From assembly GCA_020428105.1 (NCBI GenBank), contig JAGQNK010000001.1, positions 1,830 to 65,829 on the forward strand: DNA of 64,000 bases, read 5' to 3'. Made by a program: the position numbers and the translations under genes. The notes under the pieces were generated by a model. The model had not been told where the DNA came from. It did not search any database and was given only the letters and a program-made list of their open reading frames with translations. Numbering within the stretch: the first letter of the stretch is position 1; each line of letters opens with the position of its first letter. This stretch comes from Candidatus Saccharimonadota bacterium (GTDB taxonomy: Bacteria; Patescibacteriota; Saccharimonadia; Saccharimonadales; JAGQNK01). Positions 1 through 9,384 of this stretch are shown piece after piece.

Positions 1-564
1 TTCAATATCAGCGAAGCCAGTGCCGTGGAATGTACAGAAATTAACCAATCGTTCACCTCTGTATATCAGTCCTTCGTCCCACATTTTTTTGAATGTGGCA
101 TAAGCTTGCTCAACGACCTTTTGATCGAGCGTGAATACATATCGACTCCAGTCTACACTGTCGCCTAGTTTACGGAACTGAGATTCGTAGTTATCTTTGT
201 TTTGGGCGACAAAATCCCAAACCTGTTGGTATAGTTCTTCTCTGGAGTAGTCGAAACGGCTTCTGCCTTGTTTGGCTAATTCTCTTTCATAAACAACTTG
301 AGTTTCAAATCCGGCGTGGTCTGCGCCAGGAATAAAGACAGTAGAGGCCCCTTTCATGCGGTGGTAGCGAGTTGCTACATCCATAATGGCGTGATTTAAC
401 GCATGTCCGACATGCAAGTTGCCATTGGCATTTGGTGGTGGTACTACAACACTAAAATTAGCTTCCCTACCCCTTTTAGCAGGAGCAAACGCTTCGCTTT
501 TTTCCCAGAGGGCATATATATCTTCTTCGTACTGACTTGGCTCGTATACCTTAGGCAATGTCAT
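1..564 (-). CDS. valS: Valine--tRNA ligase, N-terminal part (gene runs off the left edge)
   Basis: Own minus-strand translation from ATG at 562-564: MTLPKVYEPSQYEEDIYALWEKSEAF..VVVPPPNANGNLHVGHALNHAIMDVATRYHRMKG..PGADHAGFETQ. It has a class-I HIGH motif in a ValRS-type N-terminus. It is absent from the ORF track because it is open-ended. Confidence 0.85.
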   Translation of the reverse strand, partial: MTLPKVYEPSQYEEDIYALWEKSEAFAPAKRGREANFSVVVPPPNANGNLHVGHALNHAIMDVATRYHRMKGASTVFIPGADHAGFETQVVYERELAKQGRSRFDYSREELYQQVWDFVAQNKDNYESQFRKLGDSVDWSRYVFTLDQKVVEQAYATFKKMWDEGLIYRGERLVNFCTFHGTGFADIE

Positions 565-918
565 AAATGTAATTTCCGTTTTGATTATCAAATGAACTAG
601 AGCGATTAAGCTTCAGACACTTTAAGTATTGACATATGAGTACATCAAACTTTGAGGCAACTGTCACAAACAACACTTTAACACTTTTGAGTGAATACTT
701 CCACCCCTGTTTATTTCATGTGAAATTGGATCAAACAAATACAAGGCTTTTCTACAAAAAGCATCATATCTATTCCCAATGCTGATGTTTTGTTTGGTAT
801 GTGCTTGTCGTAATGACAATAATTCAAACGTTTTTATTTTCATTTTTATTATATTGCTAACCGATTATAAACGCAAGAACTTTACAACAACACTGAAGCA
901 TGATATAATATACCAACT

Positions 919-1212
919 ATGGTCAAAGATATTCGTACAGAAACATTTACTGTTGCTGAGATATCGATTGATGAACTGAAGGCACCATCTGGTGTTGTTG
1001 ATGAGCAGGGTAGAGAAGTTAGCACAGAGCAAATGGTCAGAGATATACTTGATGTTCAGGGCTATCGTACCTGGACTAGCATGAATGGGGCTTTGAGTCC
1101 GGAGGCTAAGCAAGTCAACTCGGCAGTAACCAATAACTCTGACATGTCGCCTCGACAAAAGGCTGGTGCCTATCTGGTAGCGGTACGTGCTGAACGCCCA
1201 GTGGAAGAGTAG
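919..1212 (+). CDS. Hypothetical small protein (97 aa)
   Basis: ORF sits 9 nt downstream of a TATAAT box (gatataatataccaactATG). No recognisable motif. Confidence 0.4.
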   Translation: MVKDIRTETFTVAEISIDELKAPSGVVDEQGREVSTEQMVRDILDVQGYRTWTSMNGALSPEAKQVNSAVTNNSDMSPRQKAGAYLVAVRAERPVEE

Positions 1213-1216
1213 TGAA

Positions 1217-1245
1217 TTGACAAAATGCTAATGTTTTGCTATAAA
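1217..1245 (+). promoter_or_regulatory. Sigma-70 type promoter (TTGACA, 17 nt spacer, TGcTATAAA)
   Basis: ttgaca at 1217-1222, a 17-nt spacer ending in tgc, and tataaa at 1240-1245, upstream of the LOG-family gene. Confidence 0.6.
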
Positions 1246-1337
1246 TAGGCTATGCAAACTATGCAAATTAAAAATAAAAACAAAAAACGAATTCACTTAA
1301 CACAGTTGTCGTTGAGTTTGTTCTAGACAGGCGCACC

Positions 1338-2060
1338 TTGCAAACAAAGTTTATCCCAAATCAGCCGTTTGTATCTCACCGTGACGCAATCGTGAGTCTG
1401 ATCGATCACGAGACAGAGGAGCGGGTTGATCGTATCGAGAAAGAGTTTACCGATGGTTTTAACTTAGTCAATGATAATCACTATACAGTGACAGTGTTTG
1501 GTTCGGCTCGTGCGACAGAGAAGGACAAGTCGTACCAAGATGCTAGGCAATTGGGAAAGCTTTTGGCTAACGAAGGGTTTGCGGTGGTGACAGGCGGCGG
1601 CGGCGGCATCATGGAAGCAGCTAATCGGGGTGCATTTGAGGCTGGTGGACGTTCCATTGGTTTGAATATCCAGCTGCCTCATGAACAGCAACTGAATGCA
1701 TACACGACTGAATCGATGGGTTTTCATTACTTTTTTGCACGAAAGGTGATGCTAGTATATGCGGCAAGTGCGCTCGTGGTATTTCCGGGAGGTTTTGGAA
1801 CACTCGATGAATTGTTTGAAGTTATCACGCTTGTACAGACAGGCAAAATGCCAAGCTTGCCAATAATTTTGGTTGGAACTGAATTCTGGGAACCGCTTGA
1901 CGAATATATTCGCAATAGCATGCTTCATGAGAAGTTGATTAGTCCCGGAGATGAGGCACTTTACTACATAACTGATAGCCTAGAAGAGATAGCTCAGATT
2001 GTGAGCTACCACCGCGATGCCACCTCTGTCCTCGCCACGGCAAACGCAGCAAGGGCATAG
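1338..2060 (+). CDS. LOG-family / TIGR00730 Rossmann protein (cytokinin riboside 5'-monophosphate phosphoribohydrolase-like)
   Basis: GGGGGIMEAANRGA and PGGFGTLDELFE motifs are typical of the LOG / lysine-decarboxylase-like family. TTG start. Confidence 0.8.
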   Translation: MQTKFIPNQPFVSHRDAIVSLIDHETEERVDRIEKEFTDGFNLVNDNHYTVTVFGSARATEKDKSYQDARQLGKLLANEGFAVVTGGGGGIMEAANRGAFEAGGRSIGLNIQLPHEQQLNAYTTESMGFHYFFARKVMLVYAASALVVFPGGFGTLDELFEVITLVQTGKMPSLPIILVGTEFWEPLDEYIRNSMLHEKLISPGDEALYYITDSLEEIAQIVSYHRDATSVLATANAARA

Positions 2061-2062
2061 AA

Positions 2063-2527
2063 ATGGCGGCGGTAAAATCTATTCGTGAAACGATTGACCC
2101 TGAGGATACTTTGCCTCCAGTAGAACTGATTGTAGACCCAAGCAAAAGGAGCTCTAGAGGCACAGTACAGCCGCGTGGGATGCTTATAGTCTCTGATGGC
2201 GAAATCATAGGTAGTGCAACTATCGTCACGCATATAAGAGGGGGGTTCGAGCACTTCAATGGCGTGAAACTTGACTCGCGATATAGAGGGAAGGGGTATG
2301 GTATGGCTACCTATCTGGCAGCAATCGAGCATGCTCATAGTGAAGGAAGGGAGTGGCGGTCGCATGACTGGACACAAACCGGAGCAGCAGCAAAAGTTTG
2401 GCAGCAGTTTATTGATAGTGGTATTGCAGAGGTTGTAGAGCCATTAACCTATGTGGGTACTGAAGAAAATGGTATCGAAAAATATACCTCTGACATCAGG
2501 ATACCTCCAAGCAGTCCGACTACATAG
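2063..2527 (+). CDS. Probable GNAT-family N-acetyltransferase
   Basis: RYRGKGYGMATYL resembles GNAT motif A (R/Q-x-x-G-x-G/A). The gene starts 2 nt after the LOG stop. Confidence 0.45.
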   Translation: MAAVKSIRETIDPEDTLPPVELIVDPSKRSSRGTVQPRGMLIVSDGEIIGSATIVTHIRGGFEHFNGVKLDSRYRGKGYGMATYLAAIEHAHSEGREWRSHDWTQTGAAAKVWQQFIDSGIAEVVEPLTYVGTEENGIEKYTSDIRIPPSSPTT

Positions 2528-3581
2528 ATAAGTTGGGTTTGATGTCGAGTGAATAAGGGTCGGCGGCTGGTCGACCTTTTTGTATGTGGAAGAATCCCAG
2601 GGTGGCAATCATAGCACCGTTGTCGGTGCAGAGCTTGGGGTCGGTGTATTCGATATCCACTGGCAAACGTTCTGCTAACTGCTTTCGTAACTCTTGGCTG
2701 GCTGCTACACCACCGCCGATGACCACGCTACGCGGCTGAAACTCCTCAAATGCCTGGATTGTCTTGTCGACGACTGTCTCGACGGCTATACGCTGGAAGC
2801 TAGCAGCGATGTCGGCTTTTTGCATGTCTGATAAATGGTGCTGGAGTTCGAAGGAAGGGAAGGTGTGGTCTTTGCCGATTACTTTCTGGGCGGCGCGTAG
2901 CACGGCTGTTTTCACACCACTGTAGGAGTAGTCATATTTTGCCTGAAGTTTGGCCTTCGGAAAGTTGTAAGCGTATGGATCGCCAGCCTCGGCTTGCTTG
3001 GCAATACTTGGTCCGCCAGGGTAGGGGAGTCCTAAAATCTTTGCTACTTTGTCGAACGCTTCGCCAATAGCATCGTCATGTGTCTGGCCAAGTAGGGTAT
3101 ATTCGAAGTGATCGCGCCAGATCACTAATTGACTGTGGCCACCCGAAACAATTAGTCCAAGTAGTGGAAATTCTGGCTGCTTTTGGGGCAAAATGAAGCC
3201 TTCTAGGCCGGTTTTGGTCAAAAAGTTGGCGTATATATGCCCCTCAACGTGATTAACGGCGTACAAGGGCTTATGCTGGGTAATGGCAAGTGTTCGTGCT
3301 GTCATAACCCCAACAAGCAGCGAGCCTCCCAGGCCCGCACCATAGGTAACAGAAATTGCGTCGATATCTTTCCAGGTAAGGTTTGCTTGGGTGAATGCTG
3401 CCTCTAGAGTTGGTGTTATGGCCTGGATGTGCTCGCGGGCAGCTAGTTCGGGTACTACTCCACCATACTGGGCATGGATGTCCATGCTACTGGCGGTTTT
3501 ACAGGCTAACAGGTCTATGCCATCTCGAACAATACCTACGCTGGTTTCATCACAGCTGGTTTCTATCCCAATTACTATCAT
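2520..3581 (-). CDS. tsaD: tRNA N6-adenosine threonylcarbamoyltransferase
   Basis: N-terminus MIVIGIETSCDETSVGIV plus a Kae1/Gcp-type length and layout. Confidence 0.9.
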   Translation of the reverse strand: MIVIGIETSCDETSVGIVRDGIDLLACKTASSMDIHAQYGGVVPELAAREHIQAITPTLEAAFTQANLTWKDIDAISVTYGAGLGGSLLVGVMTARTLAITQHKPLYAVNHVEGHIYANFLTKTGLEGFILPQKQPEFPLLGLIVSGGHSQLVIWRDHFEYTLLGQTHDDAIGEAFDKVAKILGLPYPGGPSIAKQAEAGDPYAYNFPKAKLQAKYDYSYSGVKTAVLRAAQKVIGKDHTFPSFELQHHLSDMQKADIAASFQRIAVETVVDKTIQAFEEFQPRSVVIGGGVAASQELRKQLAERLPVDIEYTDPKLCTDNGAMIATLGFFHIQKGRPAADPYSLDIKPNLSM

Positions 3582-3643
3582 CTCTAGTCAGTATAACAGA
3601 AGTTTGTTTGGTAAGGCAGGAAAAAAATTGTATAATATATGAC

Positions 3644-4213
3644 ATGAGCATGGATGCTTATGGGCAAAATCCGCATATGTCTGGCGTGCCTCTTTCTGAA
3701 GCAGAGTTTCAGATTTTTAGCGAAATCCGCCAAGAGTTTGCAGAGAGTGAGCATCGAACTTGTGCGTTTGCTTTGGAAAAGCCTGGCTCGGTGTTTGCGA
3801 TGGAAACTCTTGCTGGCTCTATCGAGTTCTCAATCCATGCGTGGGGTACTCGAACAAAGATTCACCCCAATACTCCGGTGCTCGCAAGGGCCGTATTGAA
3901 TGAAATTTCAGAGATCTGCACGACAGAATTCCAAATAATAGGCGCATCCGAGGAAGATGTAGTTAGTGGCCAAGGAATAGTTCAGGAAGCGGCCGATTTG
4001 GTTGTCGATCCTTTGACGCTAAGGCCACTTTGGGAAGAGGATATGGCTTTGCGTGAACATGACTTCCAGCTGCATATTGCCGAAGGTTCCATAGTACCTA
4101 CGCAGATGGGGTATTTACGAAGAGTATCGCTTGGGCGAGTTGTTCTACCCGGTGTAGTTTCGTTGAGTCGTCTGTCTACGGCGGGTGATGTTGTTGAAAC
4201 GTTTTTTGATTAA
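3644..4213 (+). CDS. Hypothetical protein (189 aa)
   Basis: In-frame ATG 7 nt after TATAAT at 3631-3636. The longer track ORF (from 3395) would overlap tsaD antisense. Confidence 0.5.
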   Translation: MSMDAYGQNPHMSGVPLSEAEFQIFSEIRQEFAESEHRTCAFALEKPGSVFAMETLAGSIEFSIHAWGTRTKIHPNTPVLARAVLNEISEICTTEFQIIGASEEDVVSGQGIVQEAADLVVDPLTLRPLWEEDMALREHDFQLHIAEGSIVPTQMGYLRRVSLGRVVLPGVVSLSRLSTAGDVVETFFD

Positions 4214-4264
4214 ATTCGCTGTTATTAGCTAACAAAGTGTCGATGACTAAAGTATCATAATGGT

Positions 4265-5626
4265 ATGAACCCACGGAAGTTAATCAAAAAGGTAATACCA
4301 ACAGATGTTTTCAAAACTGTTGCGCCTCTTGGACATAAAGTTGAAGCCATGGCATATGCAACTATCAACGGTTTTCCTGCTAGGGGTCTGACGGTGATCG
4401 GTGTGACAGGTACCAACGGAAAGACTAGTACCTGTTTTATGATTCACAAGATGCTGACAGAGGCCGGTTACAAGGTTGGGTTGATGACAACCGTGGCTTA
4501 TGGTGTTGGTGATGATATTAAGCCGCAGGTTGCCCATATGACAACAGTGTCTGTACCGTTACTCAACAAGCGTATTAAAGCGATGAAGGAGCAGGGTGCT
4601 GAGCACCTGGTGCTGGAAGTTACTAGTCACGCACTGGCCCAGCATCGTGTTTGGGGAGTGCCGTTTTCGGTGGCGGTTATGACAAATGTGACACACGAAC
4701 ATTTGGATTATCACGGTACTTTTGAACGATATCTTGATGCAAAACGGATGTTATTCAAGCAGACTAGCAGAAATCTTAAAGGGTTTAGAGTGGGTATTGT
4801 AAACGCTGATGATCCAAGTGCCGAATTGTTTGCTAGTGACATAGAGAACCCTGTTTCCTATGGGCTAAAAAACGGTGATATTCGAGCTACAAAGATCAAG
4901 TTGACACCGTCGGGTAGTCGCTATGTGGCGAAAATCGATGATGACGAATACCGTATTACATGCCACCTGCCGGGGAGTTTCAACGTCAGTAACTCTTTGG
5001 CTTCTGTGGCGGTTGGGCGAACACTCGGACTGAGTAAAGACCAGATTCAGAAAGGCATCGCGGCACTTCGTACGGTCGAGGGACGCATGGAGCGTATTGA
5101 CGAAGGGCAGGATTTTGATGTGATTGTTGACTACGCACATACTCCAGATAGCTTTGAGAAGTTGTTTCGGGATCTCAAGCCTGTCGTGCAAGGGAAGCTG
5201 ATTGCACTATTTGGTTCGGCTGGCCGGCGTGATGAAGCCAAGCGAGCAGAGCAGGGGCGGATTACTGGCGAATATGCAGACGAAGTTATTGTGACCGAAG
5301 AAGATGACCGCGATATGGACGGCCAGGAAATTATGGAACAGATCGCAAAAGGAGCGAAAGAGTCGGGCAAAGTGCAGGATAAAGACTTATTCCTTGTGCA
5401 TGATCGTGCCAAAGCGATCGCATTTGCGTTTAGACGAGCAAAAAAGGGTGACACCGTGATATTACTTGGCAAAGGCCACGAAAAGGACATTCTGCGCAAC
5501 GGGCCGCGAGCCGCCGAACTCCGCCACCTACCCCAGGACGACCACGACCCACAAAGAGTTATTGAACACAAGTGGAATGAAGTAGCCGAAGCTAAAAAAA
5601 TTCTCAAAGACCAGTCCATTGACTAA
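4265..5626 (+). CDS. murE: Mur ligase, MurE-like (UDP-MurNAc-L-Ala-D-Glu--diamino acid ligase)
   Basis: GVTGTNGKTS P-loop, TNVTHEHLDYHGTFERYLDAKRMLF and VVDYAHTPDS motifs. Confidence 0.8.
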   Translation: MNPRKLIKKVIPTDVFKTVAPLGHKVEAMAYATINGFPARGLTVIGVTGTNGKTSTCFMIHKMLTEAGYKVGLMTTVAYGVGDDIKPQVAHMTTVSVPLLNKRIKAMKEQGAEHLVLEVTSHALAQHRVWGVPFSVAVMTNVTHEHLDYHGTFERYLDAKRMLFKQTSRNLKGFRVGIVNADDPSAELFASDIENPVSYGLKNGDIRATKIKLTPSGSRYVAKIDDDEYRITCHLPGSFNVSNSLASVAVGRTLGLSKDQIQKGIAALRTVEGRMERIDEGQDFDVIVDYAHTPDSFEKLFRDLKPVVQGKLIALFGSAGRRDEAKRAEQGRITGEYADEVIVTEEDDRDMDGQEIMEQIAKGAKESGKVQDKDLFLVHDRAKAIAFAFRRAKKGDTVILLGKGHEKDILRNGPRAAELRHLPQDDHDPQRVIEHKWNEVAEAKKILKDQSID

Positions 5627-5653
5627 ACTACAATAATATGCTACTGTAATAGT

Positions 5654-6175
5654 ATGTCAATTGAACAAACAGCAGAAATAACGAGAAGAACGGATGTTGC
5701 TGAAGCAGCAGCCATTGAGACCATCGGAACTGGCTCAGTAGAAGTGGGCAGCGAGATGCTCCCTTGGGTGAAAAGCGAATTAAGTGAGATTCCTACGGCT
5801 GAGGTAGTGTCAGATGCGGGAAATTTCCGTTTTGGTAATATTATTGGCGAGAATCCAAAGCTCATGTCACTTGCTCAAAGAGAAATGAGAGGCAATGAAC
5901 ACATGGATGACCAGCTTAACCGATTAATGTATACGGGTATTCAAAAAATTCTTCAAGGTAACCCAGGGTCACTAAAAAGAGTTCAAAATGCTCCAGCAGG
6001 CACCGCTATTTACTACGATGGCTTGAGAAGTGGTGCTCGAATATTTTTTACAGACATTGGATCCGATGAAGACGGGAAACGAATATTTCTGAAAACAGCT
6101 ATTTGCGCGAGCAAAAAGTCTGAAGCCGTTGTGCTTGGCACGTTGTCAGGTAAAGGCAAAAAGGAAAAAGTGTAG
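5654..6175 (+). CDS. Hypothetical protein; C-terminal part is RelE/HigB(Gp49)-like by eye
   Basis: C-terminus LRSGARIFFTDIGSDEDGKRIFLKTAICASKKSE resembles the R-x-yRi-fy...ivll..f.KK pattern of RelE/HigB-fold toxins. This is a weak call. Confidence 0.4.
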   Translation: MSIEQTAEITRRTDVAEAAAIETIGTGSVEVGSEMLPWVKSELSEIPTAEVVSDAGNFRFGNIIGENPKLMSLAQREMRGNEHMDDQLNRLMYTGIQKILQGNPGSLKRVQNAPAGTAIYYDGLRSGARIFFTDIGSDEDGKRIFLKTAICASKKSEAVVLGTLSGKGKKEKV

Positions 6176-6180
6176 TCAGT

Positions 6181-6552
6181 ATGCAAGCCGGCGGATTTGA
6201 ATGTCAGCCACCAGACGACTGCGTAAACCCTGCGTCTATTGATATCTGGGGAGCAAGCGTTAACCCAGATGGAACTTACGGTGAGGTGGATGTTAGCTTC
6301 CGAGATTCATACGACAGGATGTGGTATCTCACGCTCATTACGCCGGATAGATATATGGCACAGATACTCGATGAGATTGAAACGACACTGCCGTCTGATG
6401 TTGCTAATATGGCCATTGGCCCTGAACATGAAGTTAAGAAGATGGTATGGAACGGTGTGCTTACGACTGAAAGTACAAAAGAGATTTTGAGTAATACGAA
6501 CCCAAGTATACTCAAAGATTTCGCTGTTGAAATTGAGGCTCCAGAAGAATAG
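6181..6552 (+). CDS. Hypothetical acidic protein (123 aa)
   Basis: Starts 5 nt after the preceding stop. Acidic composition, no motif recognised. Confidence 0.45.
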   Translation: MQAGGFECQPPDDCVNPASIDIWGASVNPDGTYGEVDVSFRDSYDRMWYLTLITPDRYMAQILDEIETTLPSDVANMAIGPEHEVKKMVWNGVLTTESTKEILSNTNPSILKDFAVEIEAPEE

Positions 6553-6553
6553 A

Positions 6554-7444
6554 TTACCCAATCGTCAGACTGGTGCAGCGGATGTAGCCACCGCCTTTGG
6601 CGAGTTCGGATATCTCCGGCATAATTACCTTGAAGCCCTGCTCCTCGAGCTCGGCTTTTAGCTTTGGCGCCTTGGCACTCATGACGACCGTTTCACCGGT
6701 AGAAACCAGATTACAGGCAAAGCCCTTGGTTGCTTCGGAGCGACTTACCTCGATTTTGTCCACCCCATTGTAGTCGCGGAGTTTACGACGACTTTCTCTG
6801 GTAAATGCTTCTGGACACCAAGCAATCAAGCCTTTTTGACCGTCACTCGGCGCACGAAGAATAGCTATGGCTAAGTCAATATCGTAGTAAAAGCTATCTG
6901 GCCAGCCGGTAGTTTTGTTGATAATTCTAGGGCCGAAGCCGTGCAGTTGACGTTCCGGACGTGTTTCTAGGCTAATAACGTTGTAACCGAGCTTGTCGGC
7001 CAGGAATTCGTGCACAGCGCGGTCGGTGCGATATGTGGAGCCAACAAATAAGTCATTGCCACAAGGTAGGGCGTCGCCTTGGCCGCTAAAGCGTAGATTA
7101 TCTGGAGTATGGATTATCTCTTTGCCCAGATTACGTAGCACCTGTTCAGCGTAGGGTTCTTCAGCTTGGCGTTTGTTGGGTAGTCGCGACATCACGGCTT
7201 TGTTGCCACGGCAAAGCGCCCAATTGGCGGTATAAACACCGTCTTGGCAGCTGACTGGCGGTGGTACAGGAATGACGTTCACCCCGGCGTTTTCGAGCGC
7301 TTGGCGAATCGATGAATGTTCTTGTCGGGCTTTTTCTATATCTACAGGTATCTGAGCGTTCATGTAGGCATTTATTGGGAAAGAATCATCGAAATAATCA
7401 ACTCCAGACATAAGAACGGTGTTGTTTAGCAAGGTCGTTGTCAT
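6554..7444 (-). CDS. Guanidino-group-modifying enzyme (DDAH / amidinotransferase / arginine-deiminase superfamily)
   Basis: C-terminal GGGYIRCTSLTIG is the Cys-nucleophile signature of this superfamily. At 296 aa it is closer in size to DDAH/amidinotransferase than to ArcA. Confidence 0.65.
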   Translation of the reverse strand: MTTTLLNNTVLMSGVDYFDDSFPINAYMNAQIPVDIEKARQEHSSIRQALENAGVNVIPVPPPVSCQDGVYTANWALCRGNKAVMSRLPNKRQAEEPYAEQVLRNLGKEIIHTPDNLRFSGQGDALPCGNDLFVGSTYRTDRAVHEFLADKLGYNVISLETRPERQLHGFGPRIINKTTGWPDSFYYDIDLAIAILRAPSDGQKGLIAWCPEAFTRESRRKLRDYNGVDKIEVSRSEATKGFACNLVSTGETVVMSAKAPKLKAELEEQGFKVIMPEISELAKGGGYIRCTSLTIG

Positions 7445-7519
7445 TATGCAAAATTATAACAAAAGTTGAACGGATAAAGTATTGCAAAATAGTATAAAAA
7501 ATGCTATAATTTGTCGACT

Positions 7520-8218
7520 ATGAGTATTGCTCCAGGTGACTCGTTCGAAAATCCAGCCTCCATCAATCTGGAGAGGTTATTTGACGGTAGTTTTAAGGAA
7601 GTAGATATTCAGTTTAATCTTGCGCGAACTGAAGGTATGGAATCGCGCGGTATTGACGTTATCAATCGGGACCTCGGACGTTATCTGATAACTCCACCTA
7701 GCAGTATTGATAGTGAAGAGTGCATCAACCTAGCGCTAGGCGATCAAGTAACTTTGGGCGTCGTTGAGCGGGATGATGAGCATGTTATATATAAAGTGCC
7801 CCAAGGTGCGAGATTGCTTGCCCGCACACTTCAGAATCCACCGTATGAAGCTCCTTATATGAGATTTTTGGCAGCGCGTGCCGACAGGATGCTGACTAGA
7901 CTAGAAAAACTGGACAATAATGCATTTGGTGTAACACCTGATAAAATAGCTATAGGACATAACGGTGACAATAAAGAGACGTCAGAGGACGATACATTTC
8001 TAGTAGTTGTTCCGCCGTTGACAGAGCCTAGTGTTGTTCAGGGTCTTGAGGGCAAAGATCGGGTTGACGCGCTTAATTTACTGAGGGAAAAAGCAAGAGG
8101 AATCCGGTCGAGTGTTCAAAGACACTTGGGTGCGGTTGCTCTGGGTACCGATGAATATGTCGAGCTTATGCAAACAGAACGATCCGACATCTGGAGTTGG
8201 CTCAACGAAAGGCACTAA
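7520..8218 (+). CDS. Hypothetical protein, upstream partner of the kinase-like gene
   Basis: ATG lies 9 nt after TATAAT (7505-7510). The stop overlaps the next start as TAATG. Confidence 0.5.
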   Translation: MSIAPGDSFENPASINLERLFDGSFKEVDIQFNLARTEGMESRGIDVINRDLGRYLITPPSSIDSEECINLALGDQVTLGVVERDDEHVIYKVPQGARLLARTLQNPPYEAPYMRFLAARADRMLTRLEKLDNNAFGVTPDKIAIGHNGDNKETSEDDTFLVVVPPLTEPSVVQGLEGKDRVDALNLLREKARGIRSSVQRHLGAVALGTDEYVELMQTERSDIWSWLNERH

Positions 8219-9258
8219 TGATGACGCGAGTTAAGGGTTTTGTACAAGAAGTGGCAACAGAGCAAATCAGTTCTGGTCAGCTTTATGTGCCAAGTTTACA
8301 AAATATTCGCCAAGCGGAAGTTTATGATGGTGAGATCTCTGAGGTGCACAGAGATGCTCTTAGGGCTGGCGTGCCTGTCGTTGCTCTGGCGTTGGCCGAA
8401 ACATTAAACCCGGCTCATGCTTTTGAAGTATACCCAACCAAAACCATCGACAGCCAACGGTCTGCCCACGGTGTTAGCTTTGGACGATTTGTCGCACGAG
8501 CGCCGCATGCCAGAAAGGGACTGCGCACATTGGTTGATGTAGCCGTAAAACCATTTGACGACGCACCTACTGCTTTGAACGAAATGCACGGCTATCATGT
8601 ACTTGATGAATTGGGCGTAGAAACCTTTCAGCCGGTCGGGATATTCCCGGCACAACACGGCGATCATTTTATTGCTATGTCACGAACACGTCGAGACATG
8701 CAGAGCCTTGACCGTGATACATGGGTGGTCGGTAGGCGAGTAAACTCGGCTGCTACCGCCGAGACCGCTGAGCGCAATACGCAAACTATTATTGAGATTG
8801 CTGAAACGATGGCTTATATACATGCCAACGGTGTTTTTCACCCAGATGGTCAGATAAAGAACTGGTCGGTCACCGCAGACGGTACTGTTGGGGTTATCGA
8901 CACAGAAAACTTGACCCAAGTAGAGATTGGGTCGGTAGATGCCCCTGAACTGGCCTGGTATGACATTAGTAAGCTCGTAAAGTCATTGATTTTGGAAAAC
9001 CAGGACGAAGAAGACAAGATGTTTGGCGTTGGCATGTTGGCTGGAATGGCTATTGGTCAGGTGCGCGAAAACATTCAAGAATTAATAGTTGCACCATATG
9101 TTGATGCTTTAGTTGGTATGATATCTGACGACAATTTACAGCAATACCAACATATCGAGAACTTGGTGGAATCAGTAACGAACCGTTTTCACGTCTTAGA
9201 GCCAAACTGGCCTGAGCATTTGGTGAGTCTTCAGCAAGTTGCATTTGAATACCAATAA
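8218..9258 (+). CDS. Protein-kinase-like fold protein (atypical kinase)
   Basis: VAVK (Lys codon 8548-8550), a downstream Glu (LNEMHGY), HPDGQIKN (HxDxxxxN, 8839-8862) and VIDTE (Asp 8899-8901) appear in the order expected for a PKL catalytic core. Confidence 0.55.
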   Translation: MMTRVKGFVQEVATEQISSGQLYVPSLQNIRQAEVYDGEISEVHRDALRAGVPVVALALAETLNPAHAFEVYPTKTIDSQRSAHGVSFGRFVARAPHARKGLRTLVDVAVKPFDDAPTALNEMHGYHVLDELGVETFQPVGIFPAQHGDHFIAMSRTRRDMQSLDRDTWVVGRRVNSAATAETAERNTQTIIEIAETMAYIHANGVFHPDGQIKNWSVTADGTVGVIDTENLTQVEIGSVDAPELAWYDISKLVKSLILENQDEEDKMFGVGMLAGMAIGQVRENIQELIVAPYVDALVGMISDDNLQQYQHIENLVESVTNRFHVLEPNWPEHLVSLQQVAFEYQ

Positions 9259-9281
9259 ATCACCCAGCGCAAAAGCGACGC

Positions 9282-9311
9282 TTGACACACGAATTAGCAC
9301 TCGGCTATTAT
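9282..9311 (+). promoter_or_regulatory. groESL promoter (TTGACA, 18 nt spacer, TATTAT)
   Basis: ttgaca at 9282-9287 and tattat at 9306-9311; the promoter overlaps the CIRCE element. Confidence 0.6.
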
Positions 9312-9320
9312 GAGTGCTAA
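9294..9320 (+). promoter_or_regulatory. CIRCE operator (HrcA binding site)
   Basis: Perfect TTAGCACTC-N9-GAGTGCTAA inverted repeat upstream of groES. Confidence 0.95.
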
Positions 9321-9384
9321 TGGGTGTTGCGTAAATGTTCTTCGCTTCACCCTCTCTAGGAAACATATCTAAACGGAGGAAAAT

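Noticed and set aside
779-1158. Track ORFs 779-979 (+) and 865-1158 (-) in the valS-919 intergenic region.
   Set aside because: They are AT-rich and have implausible sequences (Cys/Phe/Ile runs). They overlap a region better explained by the promoter and the 919-1212 ORF.
3395-3643. The 5' extension of the 272-aa track ORF upstream of the ATG at 3644.
   Set aside because: It runs antisense through the tsaD N-terminus. A TATAAT box 7 nt before the internal ATG at 3644 explains a shorter gene.
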